Shown one piece after another: positions 53,974-62,870 of a stretch of 64,000 bases of DNA. This DNA is from an uncultured Pseudomonadota bacterium. Its GTDB lineage: Bacteria > Pseudomonadota > Gammaproteobacteria > Steroidobacterales > Steroidobacteraceae. Made by a program: the position numbers and the translations under genes. The stretch is taken from assembly GCA_963791615.1 (NCBI GenBank), contig CAWBTE010000005.1, positions 136,033 through 200,032 on the forward strand. The letters run 5' to 3'. Below the pieces are notes generated by a model. That model was not told the DNA's origin, did no database searches, and saw only the letters and a list, made by a program, of their open reading frames with translations. The first letter of the stretch is position 1; each line of letters starts with the position of its first letter.

Positions 53974-54914
53974 TAGAACTCCGCATCCGAACCGTCGTTG
54001 ATACCTTCAAACAGGACCGTACTCAAATAGCGTTCAGCCGTATCCGGCAACATGGCCAGAATCACTGAACCCGGCGGCGCTCCCTGCGCCACCTTAAGCG
54101 CTGCAGCAAATGTGCCGCCAGAGGAAATGCCGCAGAAAATGCCTTCCTTCATGGCCAGTGCCCGCGCGGTCTGGATGGCCTCGTCATCACTGACCGGGAC
54201 AATATCGTCTGCTACGGTGCGATCCAGCACGGCAGGCACGAAATCAGGCGTCCAGCCCTGAATCTTGTGCGGCTTGAACTCCGCTCCTTGGAGTAGCGAA
54301 GCACCGGCAGGTTCAGTCGCAATAACTTTTATGTCGGGACGCGCCTTCTTGAGTATTTGACCCGCGCCAGTCAGCGTGCCGCCGGTACCCCAGCCGGTGA
54401 CCCAGAAGTCCAGGCGCTTGCCGGCAAAGTCACTGAGGATTTCAGGGCCGGTGGTGTTGCGGTGATACTCAGGGTTGGCAGGGTTTTCAAATTGGCTGGC
54501 CCAGAACCAGCCATTCTTTTCCGCCAGTTCCTTCGCCTTGCGCACCATCCCGGTGCCGCGCTCAGCCGCTGGCGTGAGAATGACCTTCGCGCCCAGCGCG
54601 CGCATGATCTTGCGGCGCTCCACCGAGAAGGTTTCCACCATGGTGGCGACGAACGGATAGCCCTTGGCGGCGCACACCATGGCCAGCGCGATACCGGTGT
54701 TGCCGGAGGTGGCCTCCACCACGGTCTGACCGGGTTTGAGCGTACCGCGCCGTTCGGCGTCTTCGATGATGCCAATGGCCAGACGATCCTTCACTGAAGA
54801 CAAGGGGTTGAAGAACTCGCACTTGACGTACATCGTCACCTGCGCCGGGGCGAGGCGATTGATGCGGACGATGGGCGTGCGGCCGATGGTGCCGAGAATA
54901 CTGTCGTAAATCAT
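53973..54914 (-). CDS. cysK: Cysteine synthase (O-acetylserine sulfhydrylase)
   Basis: 313 aa. It contains IGRTPIVRINRL, NPLSSVKDR (PLP lysine), TSGNTGIALA and GWGTGGTLTG. Confidence 0.85.
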   Translation of the reverse strand: MIYDSILGTIGRTPIVRINRLAPAQVTMYVKCEFFNPLSSVKDRLAIGIIEDAERRGTLKPGQTVVEATSGNTGIALAMVCAAKGYPFVATMVETFSVERRKIMRALGAKVILTPAAERGTGMVRKAKELAEKNGWFWASQFENPANPEYHRNTTGPEILSDFAGKRLDFWVTGWGTGGTLTGAGQILKKARPDIKVIATEPAGASLLQGAEFKPHKIQGWTPDFVPAVLDRTVADDIVPVSDDEAIQTARALAMKEGIFCGISSGGTFAAALKVAQGAPPGSVILAMLPDTAERYLSTVLFEGINDGSDAEF

Positions 54915-55076
54915 GCCGACTCCCTGGATTAAGAGCGGTTGACCCCGCGCTGGGACGAACGGCGAGTATGGCCCGTTCAGATTGCAGTGGCGAGTTTCTT
55001 GACCTCCGTTGACATACTCAGGCGCTCCGAAACAATTGGGCCAAATGACAGGTTTTTGACAGGTAAAGTCAGGGTC

Positions 55077-56138
55077 TCACCTAGTGAGTAACCACTCCGC
55101 CAGCGCTTTGGGAATCTCCTGCTGCGCCTTGCTGCTGACATAGATGCCAATGTGACCACCGGTAAACGCCAGCTCGGAATAGTCCTTTGAGCCCACGTAC
55201 TGTCTGAGACAACTGGAAGCCGCTGGCGGCACCAGATGATCCTGCGTGGCATAGACATTCAGCACCGGCTGTTTGATGTTGCCCAACTTGACTGGCTTAC
55301 CGCCAATCACCAGCTCACCCTTTATCAGTCGATTGTGCTGGTACAGGTTGGTGACGAATTGCGCGAACATCGCACCGGGTTGATCGGGACTGTCGAATAT
55401 CCATTTTTCCATGCGCAGGAAATTTTCCAGTTTGGCAGGGTCCTGTGCGATATCCAGCAGCGCCATGTATTTCTGGCTCAGCAATCGAAATGGCATCAGC
55501 GTGACAAACACGGCATTGAGCAAGTCACCGGACACATTGCCCGAAGCCGCCACCAGCGCTTCAACATCCAGCTGTCGCACCCACTTCGACAGCAGATCGT
55601 CCGGCGTCTGGAAATCCACCGGCGTCACCATGGTGATCAGGCCTTTCACGCGTTCTGGATGTAGTGCGGTGAAGCACAGACTCAAGGCACCACCCTGACA
55701 CACACCGAGCAGATTAACCTGCGGCTCGCTGCGCAGCTCACACACTTTGTCGGCGCAGCGCAGCAGATAGCCATTCACGTAGTCATTCATGTCGAGAAAG
55801 CGGTCTGCACCATCGGGATAGCCCCAGTCGATCAGGAACACGTCAATGCCCTGCTGCAACAGACCGCGAATCAATGAGCGATCCGGCTGCAGATCCATCA
55901 TGTAGGGACGATTCACCAGCGCATAACAGATCAGTACCGCTGGCCCCGGCTCGACGCCTTCTGCTGGCCGATAGCGATACAGCGTGAGTTTATTTTCGCG
56001 ATACACCGCCTCCCTGGCTGCGGTACCGATGTCCACATCGCGAGTATTTGCCAGCGCACTCAGCAATTCAGCAGCGCGCTGTTGCATGTCAGCCACTTCA
56101 CGACGGGTCTGTTCGGGATCAGGTTGCCAGTTGTTCAT
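55077..56138 (-). CDS. phaC: Class III poly(R)-hydroxyalkanoate synthase catalytic subunit
   Basis: 353 aa, the class III size. It has the lipase-box-like GVCQGG and an adjacent phaE-like gene. Confidence 0.8.
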   Translation of the reverse strand: MNNWQPDPEQTRREVADMQQRAAELLSALANTRDVDIGTAAREAVYRENKLTLYRYRPAEGVEPGPAVLICYALVNRPYMMDLQPDRSLIRGLLQQGIDVFLIDWGYPDGADRFLDMNDYVNGYLLRCADKVCELRSEPQVNLLGVCQGGALSLCFTALHPERVKGLITMVTPVDFQTPDDLLSKWVRQLDVEALVAASGNVSGDLLNAVFVTLMPFRLLSQKYMALLDIAQDPAKLENFLRMEKWIFDSPDQPGAMFAQFVTNLYQHNRLIKGELVIGGKPVKLGNIKQPVLNVYATQDHLVPPAASSCLRQYVGSKDYSELAFTGGHIGIYVSSKAQQEIPKALAEWLLTR

Positions 56139-56143
56139 GCCGC

Positions 56144-56974
56144 TTAATCCTTGCGACGCGTACTGGTCTTCTTTCGGGCGCGTGGCTTGACGGCCAGTTG
56201 CTGCTCCAGCTCCGCCACTTTCGCCATCACTTCACGCAGACGCAGATGCACACTGTTCAGCTCACTGCGGGTGGGCAGATCCTGCTGGCGCAACCATTGC
56301 TCCATCAAGGCCTGCTGCGCCAGTTTCAGACGGCTCTGCGCGTTGCCACTGGCAGTCTGTGCGGCAATAAATTCGGGATCGCGCGCCAGTGGCGCAAAGG
56401 CCTGCTCGCCACATTCAATCCACAGTTCATACAAGTCACGCAAACCGGTGATAGGCCGGCCCTGTGCCGCGCGTGCTTCTATCTGTGCAGGTACAGCTTG
56501 TAGCGATTGCGCGAACACCTGGCCATAGGCCTGTGATACGGCCTGCGCACGCAACTGGTTTTCGGCCTGCGCCTTGAGATAGTCCTGCCACAGCGCTTGC
56601 TGTTCGCGCGCCGGACCCAGCGGGAAAACCTGCTGCATTTGCTGCCACCAATTCGCCTGTAGCTGTTTTTCAGACGGCGCGCCCAGCTCACCCACTGCAC
56701 CCATGCCAGACTGCAGCAGAGTCTGGAAACCCTGTATCACATTCGTTGCTTGCGGCGACAGGCCATCCATATTCAGATGCTCACGCAGGATGTCCATGCC
56801 CGCACGCATGGTATCGCTGCGCCCGGAGACCGCTGCTTGCCAGCGACCCAGCCAGTCATGCTGGGTTTCCAGCCAGGCATCGATCCAGTTCGGCTGGTGC
56901 GTAGTGCGATCGTGGTCAGTCACGGTAATGAGCGAAGCTCGTTTTGCAGCAGAGGGCCGCAGCTTAGCACTCAC
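56144..56974 (-). CDS. phaE: PHA synthase subunit PhaE-like
   Basis: 276 aa. It has a Trp-rich N-terminus (NWIDAWLETQHDWLGRWQ) and a C-terminal helical region ending in a basic tail, and lies 5 nt upstream of phaC. It is shorter than many PhaE proteins, so the call is tentative. Confidence 0.55.
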   Translation of the reverse strand: MSAKLRPSAAKRASLITVTDHDRTTHQPNWIDAWLETQHDWLGRWQAAVSGRSDTMRAGMDILREHLNMDGLSPQATNVIQGFQTLLQSGMGAVGELGAPSEKQLQANWWQQMQQVFPLGPAREQQALWQDYLKAQAENQLRAQAVSQAYGQVFAQSLQAVPAQIEARAAQGRPITGLRDLYELWIECGEQAFAPLARDPEFIAAQTASGNAQSRLKLAQQALMEQWLRQQDLPTRSELNSVHLRLREVMAKVAELEQQLAVKPRARKKTSTRRKD

Positions 56975-56989
56975 TTATCACTCATATCA

Positions 56990-57977
56990 TCACTCGGGTA
57001 CCGCTGCGGATAATGGCGAACCGTGGGCATATTCCCAGGCCAGAATCACCTGTTTGCGCTCCAGCCCGCCGCTATAACCGCCCAGCCCGCCATTGGCGCG
57101 CAACACGCGATGACAGGGAATGAGGCACAACAGTGGATTGGCGCCTACGGCATTGCCCACCGCCCGCGCGGCGCCGGGACGCTTGATCTGTGCCGCCAGC
57201 GCGCCATAGTCGGTAAATTGCTGCGAACCCAGCTTGAGCAAGGCCCGCCACACCTGTAGCTGGAAGTTGCTGCCCTGCACCAGCAGGCGCAGGGGCTGTG
57301 CAACTTTCGGCCATTGCCACAAGGCATACACGCGCGCTATCGCTGCTGTATCGTCACGCTGCCAGCGGGCATTCGGCCAGAAACGACGCAGGTGCTGTTC
57401 GGCACGGTACGCATCGGCATCGACCGGCATAAATTCAAGCTGACACAGACCACGTTCATTCCACACCAGCCAGGCCGGACCAAACGGACTCGCCGCGATT
57501 CCAAAGGTGAGCGACAGGCCAACGCCGCCAGACTTGTACTCGCCCGGCGTCATGGCTTCGAGCGTGACAAACAGATCATGCAGCCGCCCCGGTCCGGACA
57601 AACCGGATTCCAGCGCCGCACGCATCACTGAATGCGCTTGTGAATGCCCCTGTGCATACCTCTGGGAATCTCTGGGAATTCATCTGGGAATTCGCGTGGC
57701 GCAACTGCAATTTGGCGGCATCCAGCGTCAGTCGTTGCACGAATTGTTTGGGCGTAATGCCGGCCCACTGACGAAACAGGCGATTGAAGTGCGCGGCGCT
57801 CAAGCCGGCCTCACCAGCGATACGTAGCAGATCCGGCTGCTCGCGGAAATGCTCCGCCACATAAACAATGGCGCGCTCAATGCGGGCGTAGTCGATGGCA
57901 TTCAGAAAGTGGTCATCACTCATGCCGCAAGCATGCTGCAAGTCGCGCAGCCCGGCCACCCGATTCTTGCGCTTCAT
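56990..57977 (-). pseudogene. AraC-HTH / O6-alkylguanine-DNA methyltransferase fusion (Ada/AdaA-Ogt-like), split by a short tandem duplication
   Basis: ORF 57576..57977 carries the AraC HTH (LLRIAGEAGLSAAHFNRLFRQWAGITPKQFVQRLTLDAAKLQL). ORF 56990..57628 continues with ALESGLSGPGRLHDLFVTLEAMTPGEYK and the MGMT domain with LIPCHRVL. The span is 988 nt = 3n+1. The start may instead be ATG 57923. Confidence 0.8.
57661..57694. repeat. Short tandem repeat TCTGGGAAT(C/T) x3 (periods 10 and 12 nt) inside the Ada-like gene
   Basis: Read directly: tctgggaatc|tctgggaatt ca|tctgggaatt cg. Confidence 0.9.
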
Positions 57978-58009
57978 ACGCTACATTCATACGTTACACT
58001 GACGCGATC

Positions 58010-59458
58010 ATGAGAATTGCTTTCGTCGCCTCTGAAATCACTCCCTTTGCCAAGACCGGCGGGCTGGCAGATGTAGCGGGCGCCTTGCCACAAGCCCTGC
58101 AGCAACTGGGGCACGAGCTGCGGGTATTCATGCCGCTGTATGCCACTGTGCGCAATGGCCCGTTTGCTTTGCAGCCCGTGGAAAATATCCAGAACGTGGC
58201 GCTGACAATGGGTGCGCAGACCTACGAGTTTTCGGTGTTCAGCAGTACGCCGCCGGGGGCGGGTCTCGGCATCTACCTGATCGACTGCCCCGAGCTGTAT
58301 TCGCGCCGCACGCTGTACACCAATGATGCGGACGAGCATCGCCGTTTCATCCTGCTGCAACGCGCGACGCTGGAATCGCTGCAACGCATGCAGTTCGCGC
58401 CCGACATTCTGCATTGCAATGACTGGCACACCGCCTTGTTGCCATTGCTGCTCAGAACCAGTTACAGCTGGGATCGACTGTTCCAGAACACACGCTCGCT
58501 CATCAGCATTCACAATATCGGCTATCAGGGCATATTTGCCGCCTCCGCCATGCTGGACCTGGGCGTGCTGGACGTGCTGGCGCATATCCGCAGCGAAGAC
58601 CGCATGCTCGGTCAGATCAACTGGCTGAAGGAAGGCATCTATCACGCCGACGCAGTGAGTACGGTCAGCCCGACTTACGCACGCGAGATCTGCATGCCGG
58701 AAGAAGGTTACGGACTGGATACCACCTTGCGCGCCCGTACCGATGCCGTGGTTGGCATCCTTAATGGTGTGGACTATCAAAGCTGGAACCCAGCTACTGA
58801 CGCCATGCTGCCCGCGCAATTCACCGCCGATAATCTGCGTGGCAAGCAGCAGTGCAAGCGCGCGCTGCTCAAACTGGCGCAGCTTCCTGTAGACGAAACC
58901 ACGCCACTGATCGGGATTGTGTCGCGGCTCGCTCATCAGAAAGGCATCGACCTGTTGATGCAGACGCTGCCTGAGTTGCTGAGTTCACGCGAGTTCGCAC
59001 TGTGCATTCTCGGTAGTGGTGACCCACAGTACGTGGCGTTCTTCAATGAACTGGCGCAGCGCTTTCCGGAGCGCGTTTATTTCCGTCATGGTTATGATGA
59101 ACCCCTGGCGCACCTGATCGAAGCCGGCAGCGACCTGTTCCTGATGCCCTCGCTGTATGAGCCCTGCGGACTGAATCAGATGTACAGCCTCAAGTACGGC
59201 ACCATTCCCATCGTGCGCCGGACCGGCGGCCTGGCTGACTCGGTACAGATGTGGGATGGCCGCAACGGCAACGGCGTGATGTTCAACGACTACGATGCGG
59301 CTGCAGTGAACTGGGCCGTCAACACTGCGCTGGATCTGTTCAAGGACAATGTGGTCAGAGCGGCCATGATCCGCAATGGCATGACCCGGGATTTTTCATG
59401 GGAAAAGCAGGCACTGGAATATGTGCGGCTGTATGGACGGATGATTCAACCCACGTAG
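58010..59458 (+). CDS. glgA: Glycogen synthase (ADP-glucose type)
   Basis: 482 aa. It contains MRIAFVASEITPFAKTGGLADV, HCNDWHTAL, SRLAHQKG and PSLYEPCGLNQMY. Confidence 0.95.
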   Translation: MRIAFVASEITPFAKTGGLADVAGALPQALQQLGHELRVFMPLYATVRNGPFALQPVENIQNVALTMGAQTYEFSVFSSTPPGAGLGIYLIDCPELYSRRTLYTNDADEHRRFILLQRATLESLQRMQFAPDILHCNDWHTALLPLLLRTSYSWDRLFQNTRSLISIHNIGYQGIFAASAMLDLGVLDVLAHIRSEDRMLGQINWLKEGIYHADAVSTVSPTYAREICMPEEGYGLDTTLRARTDAVVGILNGVDYQSWNPATDAMLPAQFTADNLRGKQQCKRALLKLAQLPVDETTPLIGIVSRLAHQKGIDLLMQTLPELLSSREFALCILGSGDPQYVAFFNELAQRFPERVYFRHGYDEPLAHLIEAGSDLFLMPSLYEPCGLNQMYSLKYGTIPIVRRTGGLADSVQMWDGRNGNGVMFNDYDAAAVNWAVNTALDLFKDNVVRAAMIRNGMTRDFSWEKQALEYVRLYGRMIQPT

Positions 59459-59478
59459 GGGCAGTTCGCGAACCGTCC

Positions 59479-59943
59479 CTACCTCAATATCCCCAGATCC
59501 ACCATGCCCTGATCGGTGAAGGGAATCTTGCGCACGATGCCCTTGCTGAGCACCACCGTGCCGCTGAATGCGTACTGCACTTTGCCGTTGTTCTTGCTGT
59601 CCAGCTTGTTGAGCATACGGCCCACGCTGCTCATGAAGTTGGTGCGCACCACGGTGTCGAATTCCGCTTCACCCAGCGCAGGCACGATGAATGGCTCGTT
59701 GCTGGAGCCTTCGGCAAAGCTGTCACCCTGCAAATACAGCTTGTAGTCGATGCCACGGATGGGCAACTCGCGATCATTGGGATTGCGCACATGCAGGCGG
59801 ATCTTGAATTGCTGACTGAAGACATCGGCCGACACCATGCCGACATTGATGATCGACAGCTTCGGCGCTTCAAACCGGGTGCTGGCGCAACCGCCCATCA
59901 GCAACACACAGGCCAGCAGCAAACTCTTGCAGATCAGATTCAT
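59479..59943 (-). CDS. LEA_2 (LEA14/WHy-like) lipoprotein
   Basis: 154 aa. It has lipobox LMGGC and the pattern FKIRLHVRNPNDRELPIRGIDYKLYLQGDSFAEG typical of LEA type-2 domains. Confidence 0.7.
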   Translation of the reverse strand: MNLICKSLLLACVLLMGGCASTRFEAPKLSIINVGMVSADVFSQQFKIRLHVRNPNDRELPIRGIDYKLYLQGDSFAEGSSNEPFIVPALGEAEFDTVVRTNFMSSVGRMLNKLDSKNNGKVQYAFSGTVVLSKGIVRKIPFTDQGMVDLGILR

Positions 59944-60025
59944 GCCATCCTCGCCGGTAACGATTCCCGAATGATTTTCAATCGTGCTGATGGTAAGTCC
60001 CGCTGACGATAAACGACACCTGTCG

Positions 60026-60060
60026 CCAGTACCGGGACAGTGAGCCTGCCCCGGTACTGG
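60026..60060 (-). terminator. Hairpin just downstream of glgC
   Basis: CCAGTACCGGG-N13-CCCGGTACTGG, an 11-bp perfect stem 4 nt after the glgC stop. No U-tract. Confidence 0.4.
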
Positions 60061-60063
60061 CTG

Positions 60064-61365
60064 CTACAGCGCATCCAGCATTTCGCGCGTGATCAGCAAT
60101 CGGCCTTTTTCAGTGACGTAGAAACGCCTGGCATCTTCAACAGGATCAACGCCAATTTTCGTGCCCGGCGGCACCACCGCCCCGGTATCGATAATCGCAT
60201 TCTTGACAATGCAGTCAGGGCCGATACGCACATCCGGGAACAGCAGCGATTTTTCAATGTAGCTGCGCTCGTTGACCCGCACATTGGTGAACAGCAGTGA
60301 ATCCACCACTTCAGCGCCGGAAATAATGCAGCCACCCGATACCATGGAATTGATCGCCATGCCACGCCGGCCTTCTTCATTGAGCACGAACTTCGCAGGT
60401 GGCTGCTGTCGCTGGAAAGTCCAGATCGGCCACTGCGAATCATAGATGTTCAGTTCCGGATCGGCGGCTACCAGCTCCATGTTGGCTTCGTAGAAGGCGT
60501 CAACAGTCCCCACATCACGCCAGTACTGCTGCGCCCGCGTGCGCACATCCCGGAATGCATACGCCATCACATTCAGATTGTTGATGGCCTGCGGGATGAT
60601 GTTCTTGCCGAAGTCATGCGCGCTGTCCGGATCGGCGGCATCCGCCTCCAGCAGCTTGAACAACAGCCGCGCATTGAACACATAGATGCCCATGGAACCC
60701 AGGGACATATCTTCCCGGCCCGGCATGCAATCCGGATTGGCGGGTTTTTCATTGAACTTGACGACGCGCTGTCCATCATCAATGGTCATCACGCCAAACC
60801 CCTTGGCATCTTCACGCGGTACTTCCACCACACCGACGGTGATGTCGGCACGGCTCTCGACATGGAAAGCCAGCATCGGGCCATAGTCCATTTTGTAGAT
60901 ATGATCGCCGGCCAGCACCAGCACGAAACGCGGGTTGTGGAGCTTCATGATTGACAGGTTCTGATACAGCGCATCGGCCGTACCGCGATACCAGTCTTCG
61001 CCCAGCTGCTGCTGCGCCGGAATGATCTCGATAAACTCGCCAAACTCGCCACGCAGGAAGTTCCAGCCGCGCTGCATGTGACGAATCAGTGAATGCGCCT
61101 TGTACTGAGTCAGCACCGACACACGCCGGATGCCGGAATTGACGCAGTTGGACAGTACAAAATCGATGATGCGGAACTTGCCGCCAAACTGGGTGGATGG
61201 CTTGCAGCGATTCGCGGTCAGATGCTTCAGGCGCTCGCCGCGACCGCCTGCCATGATCACGGCCAGTGTGCTCTGTGTCATCCGGCTCACATAACGCCTG
61301 GGCGCAGCCTGACGGCTGGCAGCGGGCTTGGCCGGCGCTGTTTCCGGTTTTGGTTGATGATCCAT
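60064..61365 (-). CDS. glgC: Glucose-1-phosphate adenylyltransferase
   Basis: 433 aa. It contains AVIMAGGRGERLKHLT, KPSTQFGGKFRIIDFVLSNCVNSGIRRVSVLTQYKAHSL and WYRGTADA. Confidence 0.95.
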   Translation of the reverse strand: MDHQPKPETAPAKPAASRQAAPRRYVSRMTQSTLAVIMAGGRGERLKHLTANRCKPSTQFGGKFRIIDFVLSNCVNSGIRRVSVLTQYKAHSLIRHMQRGWNFLRGEFGEFIEIIPAQQQLGEDWYRGTADALYQNLSIMKLHNPRFVLVLAGDHIYKMDYGPMLAFHVESRADITVGVVEVPREDAKGFGVMTIDDGQRVVKFNEKPANPDCMPGREDMSLGSMGIYVFNARLLFKLLEADAADPDSAHDFGKNIIPQAINNLNVMAYAFRDVRTRAQQYWRDVGTVDAFYEANMELVAADPELNIYDSQWPIWTFQRQQPPAKFVLNEEGRRGMAINSMVSGGCIISGAEVVDSLLFTNVRVNERSYIEKSLLFPDVRIGPDCIVKNAIIDTGAVVPPGTKIGVDPVEDARRFYVTEKGRLLITREMLDAL

Positions 61366-61492
61366 GCTGACCTCTCTTGATCACGCGGTTCGCACATTCC
61401 GGATGCGCGGCTGCGTATTAACTTTCGTTATTCCCCACTACACTGTGCAAACCCTGCCGTTCCACAACATCGTCAAGGATCAATTCAGCGTA

Positions 61493-62224
61493 ATGCCCCG
61501 CTTTGCCTCACAAGACTTGAACACCCTGCCCGGCGTTCGCACTGTATCGCATCAATGCGGGTTGTGGCGATGCACACTTGCGTTGCTGACGACCCTGCTG
61601 ATCGCACCGCATTCAGTCAATGCCGCCGCTGCTGCCCCGGCGTCTGCCAACGACGCAGAACCAAAAACCACCCTGCAAAATCAATGCCTGCCCGGACAGG
61701 ATGCGTTGCTGCGCGTCCGGCTCAACGGCAGCATCAATCACGAACTGTCATGGGACGCGAGCCAGTTGAATTGCGCTGGATCAGTGCGACCAGACACCCA
61801 GGGTGGCAAGGGCGGTTTGCGCCTGCGCTTCAGCGCTCGTGGCAATGCCAAACCCGAAAATCTGGTCATGCTGTTCGGTATCACCGGTCTCAGGGAAGGC
61901 GCTGACGGCAAGGCACTGCCCGCCAACCTCACCATCATGATCGAGGGCAAAGGCGAGTTCTACGCCACGCAAGGTGACAACAAATGCACGGTGGATGAAA
62001 TCCACCAGACACCGCTGCAAGGAATCCCGTTACGCCAGCGCGCCTATCAAGTCAGTGCGCGCGGCTTCTGCACCCAGCCGGCGCGTGCCCTGAATGGCGA
62101 AGGCTCAGTGCTGGTCAGTCGTTTCGATTTTGTTGGTCGCGTCGACTTCAGTTCTGATGATTCGACTGACCCCGTTGCGGGCGCCAGCCGCCGCGTCACT
62201 CCATTGCAACAGAACAATCCGTGA
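61493..62224 (+). CDS. Hypothetical secreted protein
   Basis: Track ORF 61364..62224. The ATG at 61493 gives MPRFASQDLNTLPGVRTVSHQCGLWRCTLALLTTLLIAPHSVNA (signal-like). No known domain. Confidence 0.5.
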   Translation: MPRFASQDLNTLPGVRTVSHQCGLWRCTLALLTTLLIAPHSVNAAAAAPASANDAEPKTTLQNQCLPGQDALLRVRLNGSINHELSWDASQLNCAGSVRPDTQGGKGGLRLRFSARGNAKPENLVMLFGITGLREGADGKALPANLTIMIEGKGEFYATQGDNKCTVDEIHQTPLQGIPLRQRAYQVSARGFCTQPARALNGEGSVLVSRFDFVGRVDFSSDDSTDPVAGASRRVTPLQQNNP

Positions 62225-62236
62225 GTCATTCCCGAT

Positions 62237-62758
62237 ATGTATTCCACACTGAAAAAGCTGATCAACTCACTGTTTTTTGCCGCCTTGCTGGGCACCCTGA
62301 TCAACAGTGCCTGTGCGGATACCGCAACCACTCAGGTGGCGCCTGAACCTCTCAGTAAATTCCCGCAGTCAACACTGGCTATCCATACCCCCGACGGCCG
62401 TCAGCATGCCATCCGTATCTGGCTCGCTGACAGCGATGTACATCGTCAGCAGGGCCTGATGTGGGTGAAGTCATTGCCTGACAAGACCGGCATGCTGTTC
62501 GTATTTGATCGGCCGCAACAGATCCAGATGTGGATGAAGAACACGCTGATTCCGCTGGATATGCTGTTCATTGACGCGAATGGCCGCATCGACAGCATCG
62601 CCGTAAACACCACTCCCATGTCACTGAAAATCATCGCCGCCGAGAATCCGGTGCTCGGCGTACTGGAACTGGCGGGAGGCAGCACTTCGAAGCTGGGCAT
62701 CAAGGCGGGCGCAATCGTCAAATTTCCGACGTTTGGTTCAGTGAGAGGCAGTCGCTAA
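62237..62758 (+). CDS. DUF192 (COG1430) secreted protein
   Basis: 173 aa with a signal peptide. It contains QQGLMWVKSLPDKTGMLFVF, MWMKNTLIPLDMLFID and VLELAGG. Confidence 0.75.
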   Translation: MYSTLKKLINSLFFAALLGTLINSACADTATTQVAPEPLSKFPQSTLAIHTPDGRQHAIRIWLADSDVHRQQGLMWVKSLPDKTGMLFVFDRPQQIQMWMKNTLIPLDMLFIDANGRIDSIAVNTTPMSLKIIAAENPVLGVLELAGGSTSKLGIKAGAIVKFPTFGSVRGSR

Positions 62759-62870
62759 TAGCGCTAATAGCAGGTTGTATTAAGCCCCCCACCTGTGCTT
62801 TGCTTGAATCGTCGTTGAACAAGCAGGCTGCTTCAGCCAGAAAAATCGCCAGTTGAAATTTGAGAAATCC

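Noticed and set aside
57974-58936. 320-aa minus-strand ORF
   Set aside because: It is antisense to glgA, whose product has all the glycogen synthase hallmarks. This is a typical high-GC shadow ORF.
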